From Octopus vulgaris (Eukaryota), in assembly GCA_951406725.2 (NCBI GenBank), contig OX597816.1:36890001-36954000 (forward strand): a stretch of DNA of 64,000 bases, given 5' to 3'. The notes under the pieces were generated by a model. The model was given only the letters and a program-made list of their open reading frames with translations. It made no database searches and was not told the DNA's origin. Position numbers and translations under genes: made by a program. Below, piece by piece: positions 1 through 12,999 of this stretch (its first letter is position 1; each line of letters begins with the position of its first letter).

Positions 1-1247
1 ATCCAATGGAAGACATTAGCCAAGTGTAAGCCCTACACCAACGGCGGTGGAAAATGCGGTCTTTGTGATATGTAAAGATGGCTCATCTGGAAAAGCAGCT
101 TAGACCCCGCCACATGTCTAAATTCAAGAACTGAAGTCTTCGGATCATATCCACATGTGGTTATATATTTGTTACGGTTTTGGTCCCCCCGAGATTACAG
201 ATAGGACTTGCTTTTTATATTGTGCCCACATACAAGCTTTCTATATCTCTATACTTTTTACGTATATTTCTTATATTTTTTTAATATATGTTTTTACATA
301 TTTATATAGATATTATTTTATAGTTTTATTGCCCATTTATTTTTTTACACATAATTTTTCTCTATTCTACTTTCCACCCTGCATTTTTCCTGTGCGTATA
401 TAGACGTGTATATAGATTTTTTTGTGCACGCGTGTATATATATATGCGTGTGTGCGGTTATGCGCATGTATAAACGTGTGTGTGTTCGTGCATGCGAGTA
501 TGTGCGTATATAGACGTGTTTTACTCTTATTGCTTATTTTTTACACCTTTTTTACACATTTTTCTGTATTTTGCCTCTAGCCCTGTTTTTCTTGTTCATT
601 TGCGTATATAGACGTGTGTCTGTGTCTGTGTGTGCATATATAGACGTGTGTGAGTATGTGCCTATATTAAACGTGTGTGTGCGTGCATGCGAGTGTGTGC
701 GTATATAAACATGTTTTACTCATATTGCATATTTTTTTACACTTTTTATACATTTTTCTCTATTTTGCCTCTAGCCCTGATTTTTCTTGTGCATGTGCGT
801 ATATAGACGTGTACGTGTACCTTTTTTGTACGCGTGGGTGTGTATGCGAGCGTGGGTGTGTATGCGAGCGTGGGTGTGTATGCGAGCGTGTATGTGGGTA
901 TGGATATATTTTTTGGTGAATGCGTGGGTGAGCTTGTGTGTGTTTCCAGTGAGGGTGGATGAGTATATACATATAGGCGCACGCAGGTGGGTGTGTGGGC
1001 GCGCATGTGTAAGTATGGACGTGCGCTTTTATGCGATTACTTTGAACATTTTTACTCCCTTACCTTTACTCCCTCCCCTTAGTTAGCGGTCATTCTAATA
1101 GATGTTTTGTCTTAATAATGGTCAATCACACAGTAATTTCCCTTTGTTTCAACGGTCATTTTCATAGCATTTTTTTTTATGGCTGGATAACTGAAGAGAT
1201 GGCGGCGTGGGTTTCTACTCCGATATCCGAAACTCGGATGTCGGAGC
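1..1247 (+). mobile_element. 3' part of a Penelope-like element (end of GIY-YIG domain, 3' UTR, partial hammerhead)
   Basis: Frame 1 of 1-160 reads IQWKTLAKCKPYTNGGGKCGLCDM*RWLIWKSSLDPATCLNSRTEVFGSYPH, matching the W..L...PY..CxxC..LNxRxE...PH end also seen in ORF 2832-3515. CTGAAGA at 1191 and GAAAC at 1229; abuts (ATAG)n. Confidence 0.7.
832..885 (+). repeat. 18-bp tandem repeat, 3 copies
   Basis: GCGTGGGTGTGTATGCGA repeated three times. Confidence 0.9.
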
Positions 1248-1248
1248 G

Positions 1249-1456
<208 letters not shown>

Positions 1457-1632
1457 TTCCAAATTTAGGTTAGTTGAAACATGTGACAAACATATTTTCG
1501 ATGTAACGCCGGCATTATTATATTTGCTGCCGACAAAAAACTATGCTTGCACGGTGGATTTGAAAAATTGTAATATATAAGCACGTTGCATATGCTGGAT
1601 TGCCTCGTATTTATATGTTTACTCTTGGCGTA

Positions 1633-1702
1633 CCTGTTGATGAAGACTCCGCCTAGCAACTTATTTTATTTGCTACTATAGAGTCAGAAACCATGGACCA
1701 GG
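1633..1702 (+). ncRNA. Degenerate type I hammerhead ribozyme (PLE terminal remnant)
   Basis: cctg-TTGATGA-a-gactc...gagtc-a-GAAAC-catg-GAC-cagg: stems I and II pair and the stem III loop is palindromic, but two core bases are substituted. Confidence 0.6.
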
Positions 1703-1983
1703 AGATAGATGGTAAATGTTATTATTTTTCATTCCCTTCGTAATTTATCCCTAACAGTGGTTTGGATTTTGGCTATTCCTTCAAGCTTGCCAGGTATCCT
1801 ATGATGGTTACCTCTTATGTGTTTAAAAGTACTCTGTATTTATATAAATAATATATTGACTAATTTTTCTACACTCTAGACCACAAGTAGTAAAATCTTC
1901 AAAAATATGTTCTTAATCTGATATTATTAACATATATATATATATGTGTGTGTGTGTGTATCTGTGTGTATGTATTATGTATG

Positions 1984-2039
<56 letters not shown>

Positions 2040-2040
<1 letters not shown>

Positions 2041-2247
2041 TTTATTTAAAGCAGCAGAAAATTCAACAAAACCTGTTACTCTGAGTTTCCCGTTGCCGTT
2101 CATCGGACAGTTTTTTTACGGCAACGGGAAACTCAGAGTAACAGGTTTTGTTGAATTTTCTGCTGCTTTAAATAGAGCATATTACTCTACCACTGGTATT
2201 TGAGTACTCTTTTTTTCCACCTTGTTTCACATTTATGTGTTTACTCC

Positions 2248-2250
<3 letters not shown>
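2040..2250. mobile_element. Small fold-back PLE-terminal element inside (TA)n
   Basis: 60-bp inverted arms 2040-2099 and 2118-2177 (one mismatch), about 70-bp unpaired tail, (TA)n on both sides. Confidence 0.8.
2073..2110 (-). ncRNA. Minimal type I hammerhead ribozyme (CCGATGA core variant)
   Basis: Minus strand ctgt-CCGATGA-a-cg-GCAA-cg-g-GAAAC-tcaga-GTA-acag. Confidence 0.7.
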
Positions 2251-2313
<63 letters not shown>

Positions 2314-2366
2314 GTGAAGGGAAGAAATGGAGCCGAACGAAGATTCTACAAAATTCCTTTTTATTG

Positions 2367-2450
2367 TTTTCTACACATGTTTCAAAGGCTGCAAATTCCC
2401 AAATTCGGATTGAATAAGGAGACCATTCTGCAGCTTTCTCTTCAGGAAAA
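2367..2450 (-). ncRNA. Type I hammerhead ribozyme, intact core, long stem II
   Basis: ttttc-CTGAAGA-gaaagctgca...tgcagccttt-GAAAC-atgt-GTA-gaaaa. Confidence 0.82.
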
Positions 2451-2831
2451 TCTAGGAATTTAAAATCTCAAAACAAATGCGCAGCAAGCTTTTCGAACAA
2501 AACGCTCCCTAGGAGCCCATGGTAAAAATGGCACAAAACTGTCTCTCAATATGCGCTGACGTCAGAGTAGGTGAAGGCCGACGAAAAAATCCGTTGGAAT
2601 AAACCTAGGTCAAACCACGGTCAAATCAGGTAGGGGAAGAATCACAGAAAACCCAAAGAGTGTGAATATATTCTGTATAACTAGTGTTAATGTTCAAATT
2701 GTTTTAAGAATGACAGCTATCTTATTTGGGTGTGAGGAACTACCTACATGTATGTGTGTGTGTATGCGCCTATGTATGTGTGGCAGTATGTTAGGAAGCA
2801 GCTAGAGAGAAAATATATTGTATTGTAGGCA

Positions 2832-3515
2832 TTGCTGGTCAAGCGGCTGATAAAATTCTGTGTCTGTGTGTTCGTCTATGACCAGTTTATATACATTAAT
2901 GTAGAGAGTCCCAATAACAATTTTAGCAACGGGTTTGACAACAGTAGCATTACGGACATTAGCAATCACAGCGATCTCAGTGGCAGGGAATATATAGGTG
3001 ATATTCCATTAAATAGTATTGATAATGGGGTGTATAATGTCGAAGACAGCCGTAGTTCTCACAATCATAATAGTAATAAGAACGCCGTGTTAATATCGGA
3101 AGCCAATCCCAATAGAATAAGGTTATTATCTAGTAATTCCAAGATTAGAAATGCCATTTACCAATGCAGAGTTTATACTGGATCGGATGTCTACTCGTAT
3201 ATCGGAGCGTCATCATCAAAATTGGCAGTGAGAATATCGAACCACTTCACAACTTTTCGCGATTTTAGAAAACAACACGCTACCGGACTAAGTAAATTAA
3301 TCTGGCGTTTGAAGAACGCGAATTCAGCATTTAGACTGGAATGGTCGATTTTATCGGTGGCTGTACCGTTTGATAGGGGCAAAAGAATCTGTAATCTCTG
3401 CAACTCTGAACTTTTTCACATTTTGTTCTCACGAGGGCAGCTCGTTAACGGGATTTTGCAACACTCTTTCAGATGTCCCCACTGGAGGCGACTGACATTT
3501 CTTGCATACATTTGA
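2832..3515 (+). CDS. GIY-YIG endonuclease domain of a PLE; open frame without ATG or RT
   Basis: AIY..YIG, R..H, LSKLIW.LK, W.IL, CNLC..E, LVN, CPH motifs. TTG start lies in the inverted arm and there is no internal Met. Confidence 0.8.
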   Translation: MLVKRLIKFCVCVFVYDQFIYINVESPNNNFSNGFDNSSITDISNHSDLSGREYIGDIPLNSIDNGVYNVEDSRSSHNHNSNKNAVLISEANPNRIRLLSSNSKIRNAIYQCRVYTGSDVYSYIGASSSKLAVRISNHFTTFRDFRKQHATGLSKLIWRLKNANSAFRLEWSILSVAVPFDRGKRICNLCNSELFHILFSRGQLVNGILQHSFRCPHWRRLTFLAYI

Positions 3516-4139
3516 AGCCTAAGATAATTAACACCTTGATGTCCTAAGAAAAGAAAAAAATTGCTTGGAAGAAATTTGGGAAAAATTTTGAATTAAATTT
3601 GAAAGGGAAAATTACTCCCCTTTTAGCGTATGTTCTGCTACTCTTTTAGAAACAATATCAGGGATTATACTCCCCTTCTTTTTGACAAGTCATCTGTATA
3701 TAAACTGGTCATAGACGAACACACAGACACAGAATTTTATCAGCCGCTTGACCAGCAATGCCTACAATACAATATATTTTCTCTCTAGCTGCTTCCTAAC
3801 ATACTGCCACACATACATAGGCGCATACACACACACATACATGTAGGTAGTTCCTCACACCCAAATAAGATAGCTGTCATTCTTAAAACAATTTGAGCAT
3901 TAACACTAGTTATACAGAATATATTCACACTCTTTGGGTTTTCTGTGATTCTTCCCCTACCTGATTTGACCGTGGTTTGACCTAGGTTTATTCCAACGGA
4001 TATTTTCGTCGGCCTTCACCCACTCTGACGTCAGCGCATATTGAGAGACAGTTTTGTGCCATTTTTACCATGGGCTCCTAGGGAGCGTTTTGTTCGAAAA
4101 GCTTGCTGCGCATTTGTTTTGAGATTTTAAATTCCTGGA

Positions 4140-4223
4140 TTTTCCTGAAGAGAAAGCTGCAGAATGGTCTCCTTATTCAATCCGAATTTGGGAATTTGCA
4201 GCCTTTGAAATATGTGTAGAAAA
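4140..4223 (+). ncRNA. Type I hammerhead ribozyme, right-arm copy
   Basis: Reverse complement of 2367-2450 with GAAAC changed to GAAAT. Confidence 0.75.
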
Positions 4224-4431
4224 TAATAAAAAGGAATTTTGTAGAATCTTCGTTCGGCTCCATTTCTTCCCTTCACTAAATATATAAAACTTCAATTATC
4301 CGCGCTAAAGCACGGGGCGAAACCCCATGGTGGTAACCTCAACCGTGTCTTTTCTGGTGTGATTTTTGCTACACAGGTATCGGTTAAATTTTGAATAATC
4401 CGTAACAAGATAATTCATTTATACATTTCAT

Positions 4432-4476
<45 letters not shown>

Positions 4477-4579
4477 GTATGTATATGTAAATATATTAAT
4501 GTGTTCACGTATACTATATGACTTTAGGTCGTAAAATTGCAAATTAATAACCCATATTATATATATATGCATATATATA

Positions 4580-4940
4580 GGCGCAGGAGTGGCTGTGTGG
4601 TAAGTAGCTTGCTAACCAACCACACGGTTGCGGGTTCAGTCCCACTCCGTGGCATCTTGGGCAAGTGTCTTCTGCTATAGCCTCGGGCCGACCAATGCCT
4701 TGTGAGTGGATTTGGTAGACGGAAACTGGAAGAAGCCTGTCGTATATATGTATATATATGTATATGTGTGTGTGTTTGTGTGTCTGTGGTTGTCCCCCTA
4801 GCATTGCTTGACAACCGATGCTGGTGTGTTTAGGTCCCCGTCACTTAGCGGTTCGGCAAAAAGAGACCGATAGAATAAGTACTAAAAGGTGGTGCTCCAG
4901 CATGGCCGCAGTCAAATGACTGAAACAAGTAAAAGAGAAA
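4580..4940 (+). mobile_element. tRNA-derived SINE, family A (internal microsatellite, LINE-like 3' end)
   Basis: Box A-like TGGCTGTGTGG, box B-like GGTTCAGTCCC, 3' GGTGCTCCAGCATGGCCGCAGTCAAATGACTGAAAC; several copies in window. Confidence 0.88.
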
Positions 4941-4962
4941 AGAGAAAGAGATATGTATATAG

Positions 4963-5009
<47 letters not shown>

Positions 5010-5034
5010 TAGATAGACAGACAGACAGACGGAC

Positions 5035-5131
<97 letters not shown>

Positions 5132-6436
5132 CAAAATTCAGCTCTGTTTATGCAAGGCGATTATATCGTATTATATTAAATGTTGCTGCCGCTTTTCTTC
5201 TTTAGCTCGGTGGGTAGCGGGAGATAACAGCGCAAACCGATATACATTATAAAATGCCTCATGACATTATTAAACACAGCAGAGATTGGATTGAAGTTGA
5301 CAAGTATTAAGTGAAATCTTCTTAAATTATATACCAAAACTTCCAACTTGGCTGCACTACCTAGCTTGTAGTGCAGCTAGGGTTAATCTACATGGCTCGC
5401 TTAAGTTCGTCTATATTTAGTGATGCAAATATTCTGGTAGGTTAGCTCACGAAGCCTTAAAAGTTTCGCTTCTCGTTGTTCGCTTTCTCTCAGTAATGTT
5501 GAACTTTTGTTGTTATACAGTATGTTTGAGTATTTCACTTCAAAGTCTTCCATGAAATGTGCGAATGAAACCATATAACGTTACAATTTAAATAAACACC
5601 CATTTGATGAGATTTCGTCGTGCATTAAATCAAATATAAGTAGTCTTATATTATCATTTACTGTTGCCACTTTTTAATCATAATCTCTCCACTATTTACG
5701 GCTATATATTTCCATTTAATTTTTTCCTCTAAGACTTCGTACAATGATCGTATATTAAGTTAAAAGGCGATCATTCCTTAGAGGTTATATTATCTTAATC
5801 GTTTAAAGCTTAGAACACGAACAATCGTACATTAGATTGTGTGAGAGCTCATTAAAATTCCATACATTAATCCAAATCCGCATTTAAATTTTCAAATCAT
5901 GGAAACCATCAGTAGTTTTCAAAAACTTCTATGATCTATCCAAAACCACAGAAACGAAAATGGATAATGAAAGGATATTTTACAATCTATGTTAAAGAAA
6001 AATTCAAAATAAGGAATGAAACTACGAATATTTTAAACAGGAAATACAAAGCAAAGTTTAAATACGGTCGTAATAACAACTGAACTCTATAATTATAACA
6101 AAACACTTGAACCGATTTAATCACCAGATTCATGTTATCACTCTGCTGGAAATTTCACAATTCCCGATCAGGGTGAGCCTAAACACTAAATTGTTCTAAT
6201 CTATTTCTCATTCTATGGTGATGGAGTGAATCACAGACGCTAAATATTCTCAAAGAAGTGAAATTCGCTTCTTAAGTGGACAAAGAAAACTAAAACCCAG
6301 CAACGATTATTTTCGACTTCTTAGAAAAGAGTTGATAATTTGACGAGATTACGAGTTTAGACGGGCAATTAAACCGGCTTTGTGCATACGTACATATGTA
6401 TGTGTGTATACGTGCGTATATGTAAGTATCCGTATG

Positions 6437-6478
<42 letters not shown>

Positions 6479-6641
6479 AATTATGTACAGAAATCTAGAT
6501 CTGAGATTATGCAATAATTTTTTGCTAGTTTATTTGTGTATTTGTCTTTTCTCCTGGTGTTGTATGAATACTTGATGTGGTTTTAGAGTCAAAGTTTGAC
6601 TGCTATCATGGTGGTGTCTTTTAGATGCCCTTAATTATACT

Positions 6642-6711
<70 letters not shown>

Positions 6712-6820
6712 TTCTGTCGTGAGAGACTCAATACACCCATAATAGTAACACACGCACAGGTTCAATTTCACTGCTTTATTATTAACCATAACAAATGCAA
6801 AAACGACGTGTACACACATG

Positions 6821-6873
<53 letters not shown>

Positions 6874-7143
6874 GAAGAAAGAAAGAAAAAGAGAGAGAAT
6901 CTAATCTCAATAAACTTACAATTCGCAGAATGAAGTGATGAATAATAGCAACTGCAATCTCCACGTTTTCTTTTAGGATTTTTATTTTATTCTAAATATT
7001 GACCAGTTTGTATTCGTTGCTTTCATTAATTCTGTACAATATTATTAACACATGTGTTTGTAGTGTGTGTGTGTGTATGTTTGTGTGTATGTTCGTGTGT
7101 GTGTCAGTATGTGTCTCTGTGTGTCAGTGTCTGTGCGTGTCTC

Positions 7144-7176
<33 letters not shown>

Positions 7177-7649
7177 GTGTCTGTCTGTCTGTGTGTGTGC
7201 GTGTCTGTGTGTGTACGTGTGTGTGTGTAAACATTACAGTTGAAATTGGGTATAGAGAGAGAACTTGATACTGAAATGTAGGTACCAAAAAGTTTTGTTG
7301 AAATTGAAACTTCAGATTTTGTGAGACCAAGTTACGCCAGCGAGGATTTTAATAGGAATATCCAGATAACAAATGAAGATAAACGCATTTGATTGTCTGT
7401 TTATAAGTTAAAATGAAAGAGATATAATTTTTTAAAGATAATATCAAGAATAATATCATTTGATCTGCGTTGGGTGAAAATCCTCCGAAAACACCGTTTA
7501 TGTTTCGATGCTACAATGTTACAATACTACTGAAGAAAGAAACACAGTAACTAGATAAGAAAAGAAAACATATAATAGTGAGGAATGGAGATTGTAGAAA
7601 AATGGGGTTTTTTCAATAGCTCTCAGACCTCTTCATTTATAGCCTAAAA

Positions 7650-7990
7650 CTGTATAATAATATAAGGAGCACTCCGTCGGTTACGACGATGAGGGTCCCA
7701 GCTGATACGATCAACAGAACAGCCTGCTCGTGAAATTAACGTGCAAGTGGCTGAGCACTCCACAGACACGTGTACCCTTAACGTAGTTCTCAGGGAGATT
7801 CAGCGTGACACACAATGTGACAAGGCTGGCCCTTTGAAATACAGGTACAACTCATTTTTGCCAGCTGAGTGGACTGGATCAACATGAAATAAAGTGTCTT
7901 GCTCAAGGACACAACGTGTCGCTTGGAATCGAACTCACGACCTTACAATCGTGAGCCGAATGCCCTAACCACTAAACCACGCGCCTTCAC
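7650..7990 (-). mobile_element. tRNA-derived SINE, family C
   Basis: Head GGCGCGTGGTTTAGTGGTTAGG..GTTCGATTCC; body matches 63870-64000; (TTA)-type tail. Confidence 0.88.
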
Positions 7991-8369
7991 AATAATATAA
8001 TAAACAACAAGGTATGCTCTTCTTTCCCTGTTCAACAACAAAAGAAAGATAGCGGTAGCTGAAAAACACCAAAAGCAATAATGAGGAGAAGGAAAAAGAA
8101 AATAGAATAATTGAGAGGGTAAGCAAATTCTCATTGAATTTTATGGTGCATCTTATATTTATTCTTCTGTAAATTTTGAAGTATATAACTTGCTTTGCGC
8201 AAACAGTTACAAAGAATATCGTTTCTAGAAACTTTGGAGCATTTGTCGAATGATAAGTTTCTTTTTTAACTGTAGTTGTAAGTAGGCGTGTAATCAAGGG
8301 AAGGTTATGATATATAAATGTATTGTTACAAGTGACCATCTATATTTGAATAAACTAGAAACAACAATT

Positions 8370-8960
8370 TAAAGGCCCAAAATTTTGGGCGAGGGGGACA
8401 GTCGATTAGATCGACTCCAGTACGCAACTGGTACTTAATTTATCAATGCCGAAATGATGAAAGGCAAAGTCGACCTCGGCGCAATTTGAACCCAGAACGT
8501 AAAGACCGACGACATACCGCTAAGAATTCCGCATGCTAACGTTTCTTATTTCTTTATTACCCACAAGGGGCTAAACATAGAGTGGACAAACAAGGACAGA
8601 CATAGGAATTAAGTCGATTACAACGACCCCGGTGCGTAACTGGTACTTAATTTATCGACCCCGAAAGGATGAATAGTAAAGTCAACCTCGGCGGAATTTG
8701 AACTCAGAACGTAACAGCAGACGAAATACCTATTTCTTTATTACCCACAAGGGGTTAAACATAGAGTGGACAAACAAGGACAGACATAGGAATTAAGTCG
8801 ATTACAACGACCCCAGTGCATAACTGGTACTTAATTTATCGATCCCGAAAGGGTGAAAGACAATGTCAACCTCGGTGGAATTTGAACTCACGGCGTAACG
8901 ACAAACGAAATACCGCAAAGCATTTCGCCCGGTGTGCTAACGTTTCTGCCAGCTCGCCGC
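8370..8960 (-). mobile_element. tRNA-derived SINE, family B, three tandem body units
   Basis: Head GGCGAGCTGGCAGAAACGTTAGC, box B GAGTTCAAATTCC, core GACTTTGCCTTTCATCCTTTCGGGGTCGATAAATTAAGTACCAG repeated at about 185 bp. The core resembles the MetaSINE domain from memory. Confidence 0.88.
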
Positions 8961-10098
8961 TTTAATGTGAGTAACATCTTGTCTCAAATAGTTTGTTGTC
9001 GCTCCAACACACAATTTCGGTTGATATCCAAAATTCAGTCCTACCTTGGCACAGTATACCAAAGAACTGTTGAGAGAGTTCCCTCAATCATGCTGTTAGA
9101 AGATTTTATACGATTACGCGTTCGTTCGGTAATTGATCAACGTTGGTTTGACACATGTTTTACTTTAATGAAATTAACAGACTGAATCTTGTATCTATTC
9201 AGGATTTTATATCTATGTACTCTGTAAAATAAAAATCAGGCAGAAATTAGGAAGTCTCTGACTAACATTTGTACAAAAACTCAAACTAAAACTTGCAATG
9301 CGCTTCAAAGATTTCCTACTTCTAATTCTACGACTGGAAAAAATGTTTGGATATGTATTTTATGTTATCTCAAATCCTATTACGCTTAAATGATTCATTA
9401 GTGAATTGGGAATCCTCTCTAAAAGCAGGAACATCGGAATATAAGTCAAAACTTTGGCGACTACATTACAAAGAATATTAGGTGGGAGATTAGAAATTTT
9501 CATTGACACATTTCATGAGGCTTATGATAAGAAACAACCCCCCACCCACACACACACGCACACGCACACACACACACATACGTACACACAACTACACACA
9601 CACACACACACACACACAAATATGCACACACATACACAAGTGGTGCAGTATCTTATATACATCTTGATATGTACAGTGCGCATTTCTAAGGTAAAACGTT
9701 TTCTGAGATATATTTGAATTTACTCGTCACCATGCAGATGAGAAGTGGTTTGATTATTATTATTTTTAAGCATAAAAATATTGTATAGAATTATGCTGGA
9801 ATCTACTAACAAGAGTAAAGGAGAATGGAATCGAAATATCACCTTAAGGAATTTACACTTTATATTTTAAACGCACACACATACACACACATACATACAC
9901 TTACAATCATATACATACACATACATACATACATATACACGCACACACATATGCATACACACACATACTTACACACAAGCGCACGCCCACACATATTTAT
10001 GTTCATCGTAAAAGTTGATATTTCTAGTGCATTATACGTATATATATATATATATATATATATAAATACGTATGCGTGTGTGCGGGTGTGTATATAAT

Positions 10099-10188
<90 letters not shown>

Positions 10189-10209
10189 ATTTGTGTATGT
10201 ATCTATTTA

Positions 10210-10406
10210 TGCCATGATAGATCGTTAGCTCCTACACGTACTTTTTTCCCTCCTTGTCTCTCTCCTGTTTTTTTGTGTGTATCTTTCTGTCGAAGAGCGT
10301 AGGCTTGAAACGTAAAAGACTTTGTCTATTCCTGAGCGTTATACTAATACATTTGTTTGCTTGTACTCCACTGCCTTCGTCTTTTGTTTATTTTCGTAAA
10401 CTTTCC

Positions 10407-10411
<5 letters not shown>
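10210..10411 (+). mobile_element. Probable PLE terminal remnant with hammerhead-like motif, ending at (TA)n
   Basis: tcttt-ctgt-cGAAGA-gcgtaggctt-GAAAC-GTA-aaaga near 10283-10319; non-canonical core. Confidence 0.35.
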
Positions 10412-10451
<40 letters not shown>

Positions 10452-10454
<3 letters not shown>

Positions 10455-10690
10455 AGGCGCGTGACTTAGTGTTTAGGGTGCTGAACTCATGATCGTAAGT
10501 TTGTGGTTTTGATTCCTGGACCGGGTGACTCAATATGTTCTTGAGCATAACACTTCATTTCACGTTTCTTCAATTTATTCAGTTGGCAAAAATGAGTAAT
10601 CCTACGACGAAATATTGTCCCGTTTAGGTGGTGAAAACGGGAAAACGGTCCCACGAGCTTAATGACTCGGGAGGGAACCTCACTTCACAC
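10452..10690 (+). mobile_element. SINE with family C head and different 3' part
   Basis: GAAGGCGCGTGACTTAGTG..GGTTTGATTCC..TTCTTGAGCATAACACTTCATTTCACG. Confidence 0.75.
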
Positions 10691-11544
10691 TGTGACATCT
10701 AGCTAGACGCTCGACCTGCAAGAATAACAATCAAATTTTCACTTCAATTACAACTCACTGCTTAAACAAATCAAAATATATTCGATAATGTTGTCCTAAA
10801 TAATGACAGTGTAAATTTATTTTCAATATTCGTATATGAAATAGAAAGCAGGAAATTGGTTAGTTGTCCATAAATCTTGAATTAATATCATGTTAAGAAT
10901 ATACAGCATCTATATATATTTCAATTCTAAAATATGCATTTATTAATTAACTTTCTAATTATCAATTCAAATCACAGAAGATTGATTGCCAAACTGAATA
11001 TATTACATTACTGGATTATACGATTTAGTTTACTCTGGTATTTTTGCTGGCGAATTTATCCAAATATCAATATATAAAGTATAGTCTATTCTAGATCCTT
11101 AAGATATTATCGACGTCTCGTGTTGAACCTGTATATGATATAAGCTGGTATTGTATTTTTCGCCGAATAAGCATTTCAGTTAAATCGCTGTTATTAACAT
11201 ACGAAAATAATCTGAAATGACAGGACACATTCCACTGTAAACATAATCCAGTTTATAAAACATCAAATGTCAATATTCAATTTTTCACATCAATATATCT
11301 TGAAATAATACAACTAGAGATAATAACCGTCCCACACAAATTCCTACACAGACATGAGGGAATATGCGGGTGTGTAAACGTGCGTGTATGACCGACTGCC
11401 TATACAGCATTCCTGAATTTTCACACATTTTCCCTCCTTCTTCTTTCATACAGAATTACGTTAGGAAGATATTCAGCACTCGAGATTAATCATTCGTTAT
11501 TACAAAAATATTTATACTCAACTTTATTACATATCTGTATATTG

Positions 11545-11690
11545 GTTCAAATTTTGGCACAAGGCTAACAACTTCATGGGTGAGGGTAGATCGGTGACAT
11601 CGATCCCGGTGGAATTTGAACTCAGAACGTAAAGACGGACGAAATGACGGTAAGCATTTCCCCCGACATACGTACGGTTGTGCCAGCTCA
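11545..11690 (-). mobile_element. Degenerate SINE family B
   Basis: GGAATTTGAACTCAGAACGTAAAGACGGACGAAAT on plus strand. Confidence 0.65.
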
Positions 11691-12602
11691 CTATATTATA
11701 CATATATTTTGGTAAAGTAGCTCTTCCCCACATTCTCCTTCATTGCGGACTGGAAAATTGGTTCCCTGCTGAAACAACTTGCTGTCATTTCTTTTTGGGC
11801 TCCCGCATCCACAGAAGACTGCAGTTAGTTTAAGATACCATTTGCAATAGTAATGTTCATAGTTGAATGAAGAAGTTTAAAATAAATGAAGCAGTAGTGA
11901 GGACAAACCGTGCAGCAGAATACTTAAACTGAGACCACAGATGCAAATCGCCAACGAATGAACGAATTCTTTTTCTCGAACAGACGAATCGCAGTCTCTG
12001 AGCTTGATACACCTGATTGTGATCATAAAGCATGGACAAAGATAGCGGAAGGCTCATCTGTTAGAAACGTTTGAAGCTTATGAAGACACTTTTGTCCAAT
12101 AAAATGATGTCACACATCTTCTCCAAGTCCACAGAAGAATCAGCAAGGGTTACAGAAATATCATGAGGAATATTTTGGGGGATGAAAAGTGCGACCATCT
12201 CCTTGATTTTATGGGCAGTGGCCGTGCCATGAAAAGCTAACGGTACACTAGTAAAGTACACTAGACCTCAAGAAATACTTAAACAAGATATTAGAAGAAA
12301 GATTGAACAAGAATCTGAAAACAATTCACCTTCATTATATCAATATACTATGAAGTCATGCTGGTCTATCTTTCCACCGCTCATCCCGGATCCGGCGTCA
12401 TTGACTTCCACCCGCTCCGTTCAATGTGGGTCAATCTTCATTTAGAAAGATTTGATAGCACAAACGAATTGAAAGTGGTTGCAAATACTACAGTAGTGAA
12501 TATAGCAGAATACAGCTAACTTTTATTTCAAAGAGCATTCGAATTCATAAAAATGGTTTCGACGAGGCTTCATATGCTTGTTATGTCGATTATTTTCGGT
12601 TG

Positions 12603-12830
12603 TGAGCAGGCAGAATCGTTAGCACGCTGGACGAAATGCTTCGCAATATTTCGCTCGCAATATTTCGCTCGCAGCTACGTTCTGGGTTCAAATTCCACCA
12701 AGGTTGACTTTGCCTTTCATTGTTTCGGGGTCGATAAACTAAATACCAGCTACATAGTGGGGTCGATCTAATCGACTAGTCCCCTCCCCGAAGATTTCAG
12801 GACTTATGCCTATAGTAGAAAGGATTATTT
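12603..12830 (+). mobile_element. SINE family B, single unit
   Basis: Head, box B, core and tail ..CCTATAGTAGAAAGGATTATT. Confidence 0.8.
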
Positions 12831-12999
12831 GGGGTTGCGCTTCTGTAGAGAAAAACAAATAATCTACCAATTGTATAATTTGAACTACCTTTTTCAGTTA
12901 ATTAAAAAAGACATACTCAATTTTGCTTCCAATTAGAAACGACACCAGTGTGAAAACACACACACATACACACACGCACGCGTACGCATATAAAAAATC

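Larger units (their letters stand above)
2304..4436 (+). mobile_element. 5'-truncated Penelope-like element with inverted terminal region, inside (TA)n
   Basis: Inverted arms 2304-2895 and 3695-4286 (about 6 mismatches seen), spacer with GIY-YIG ORF, HHR in each arm, 150-bp tail, (TA)n flanks. Confidence 0.88.

Noticed and set aside
2304-4286. Cut-and-paste DNA transposon with long TIRs
   Set aside because: No DDE transposase; an asymmetric tail, HHRs and a PLE-type nuclease point to retroelement origin
5351-5377. 10-bp perfect hairpin followed by TAG
   Set aside because: Isolated; no matching element end or second copy
11720-12480. GC-richer block that might be a decayed transposase
   Set aside because: No recognisable motif in any frame
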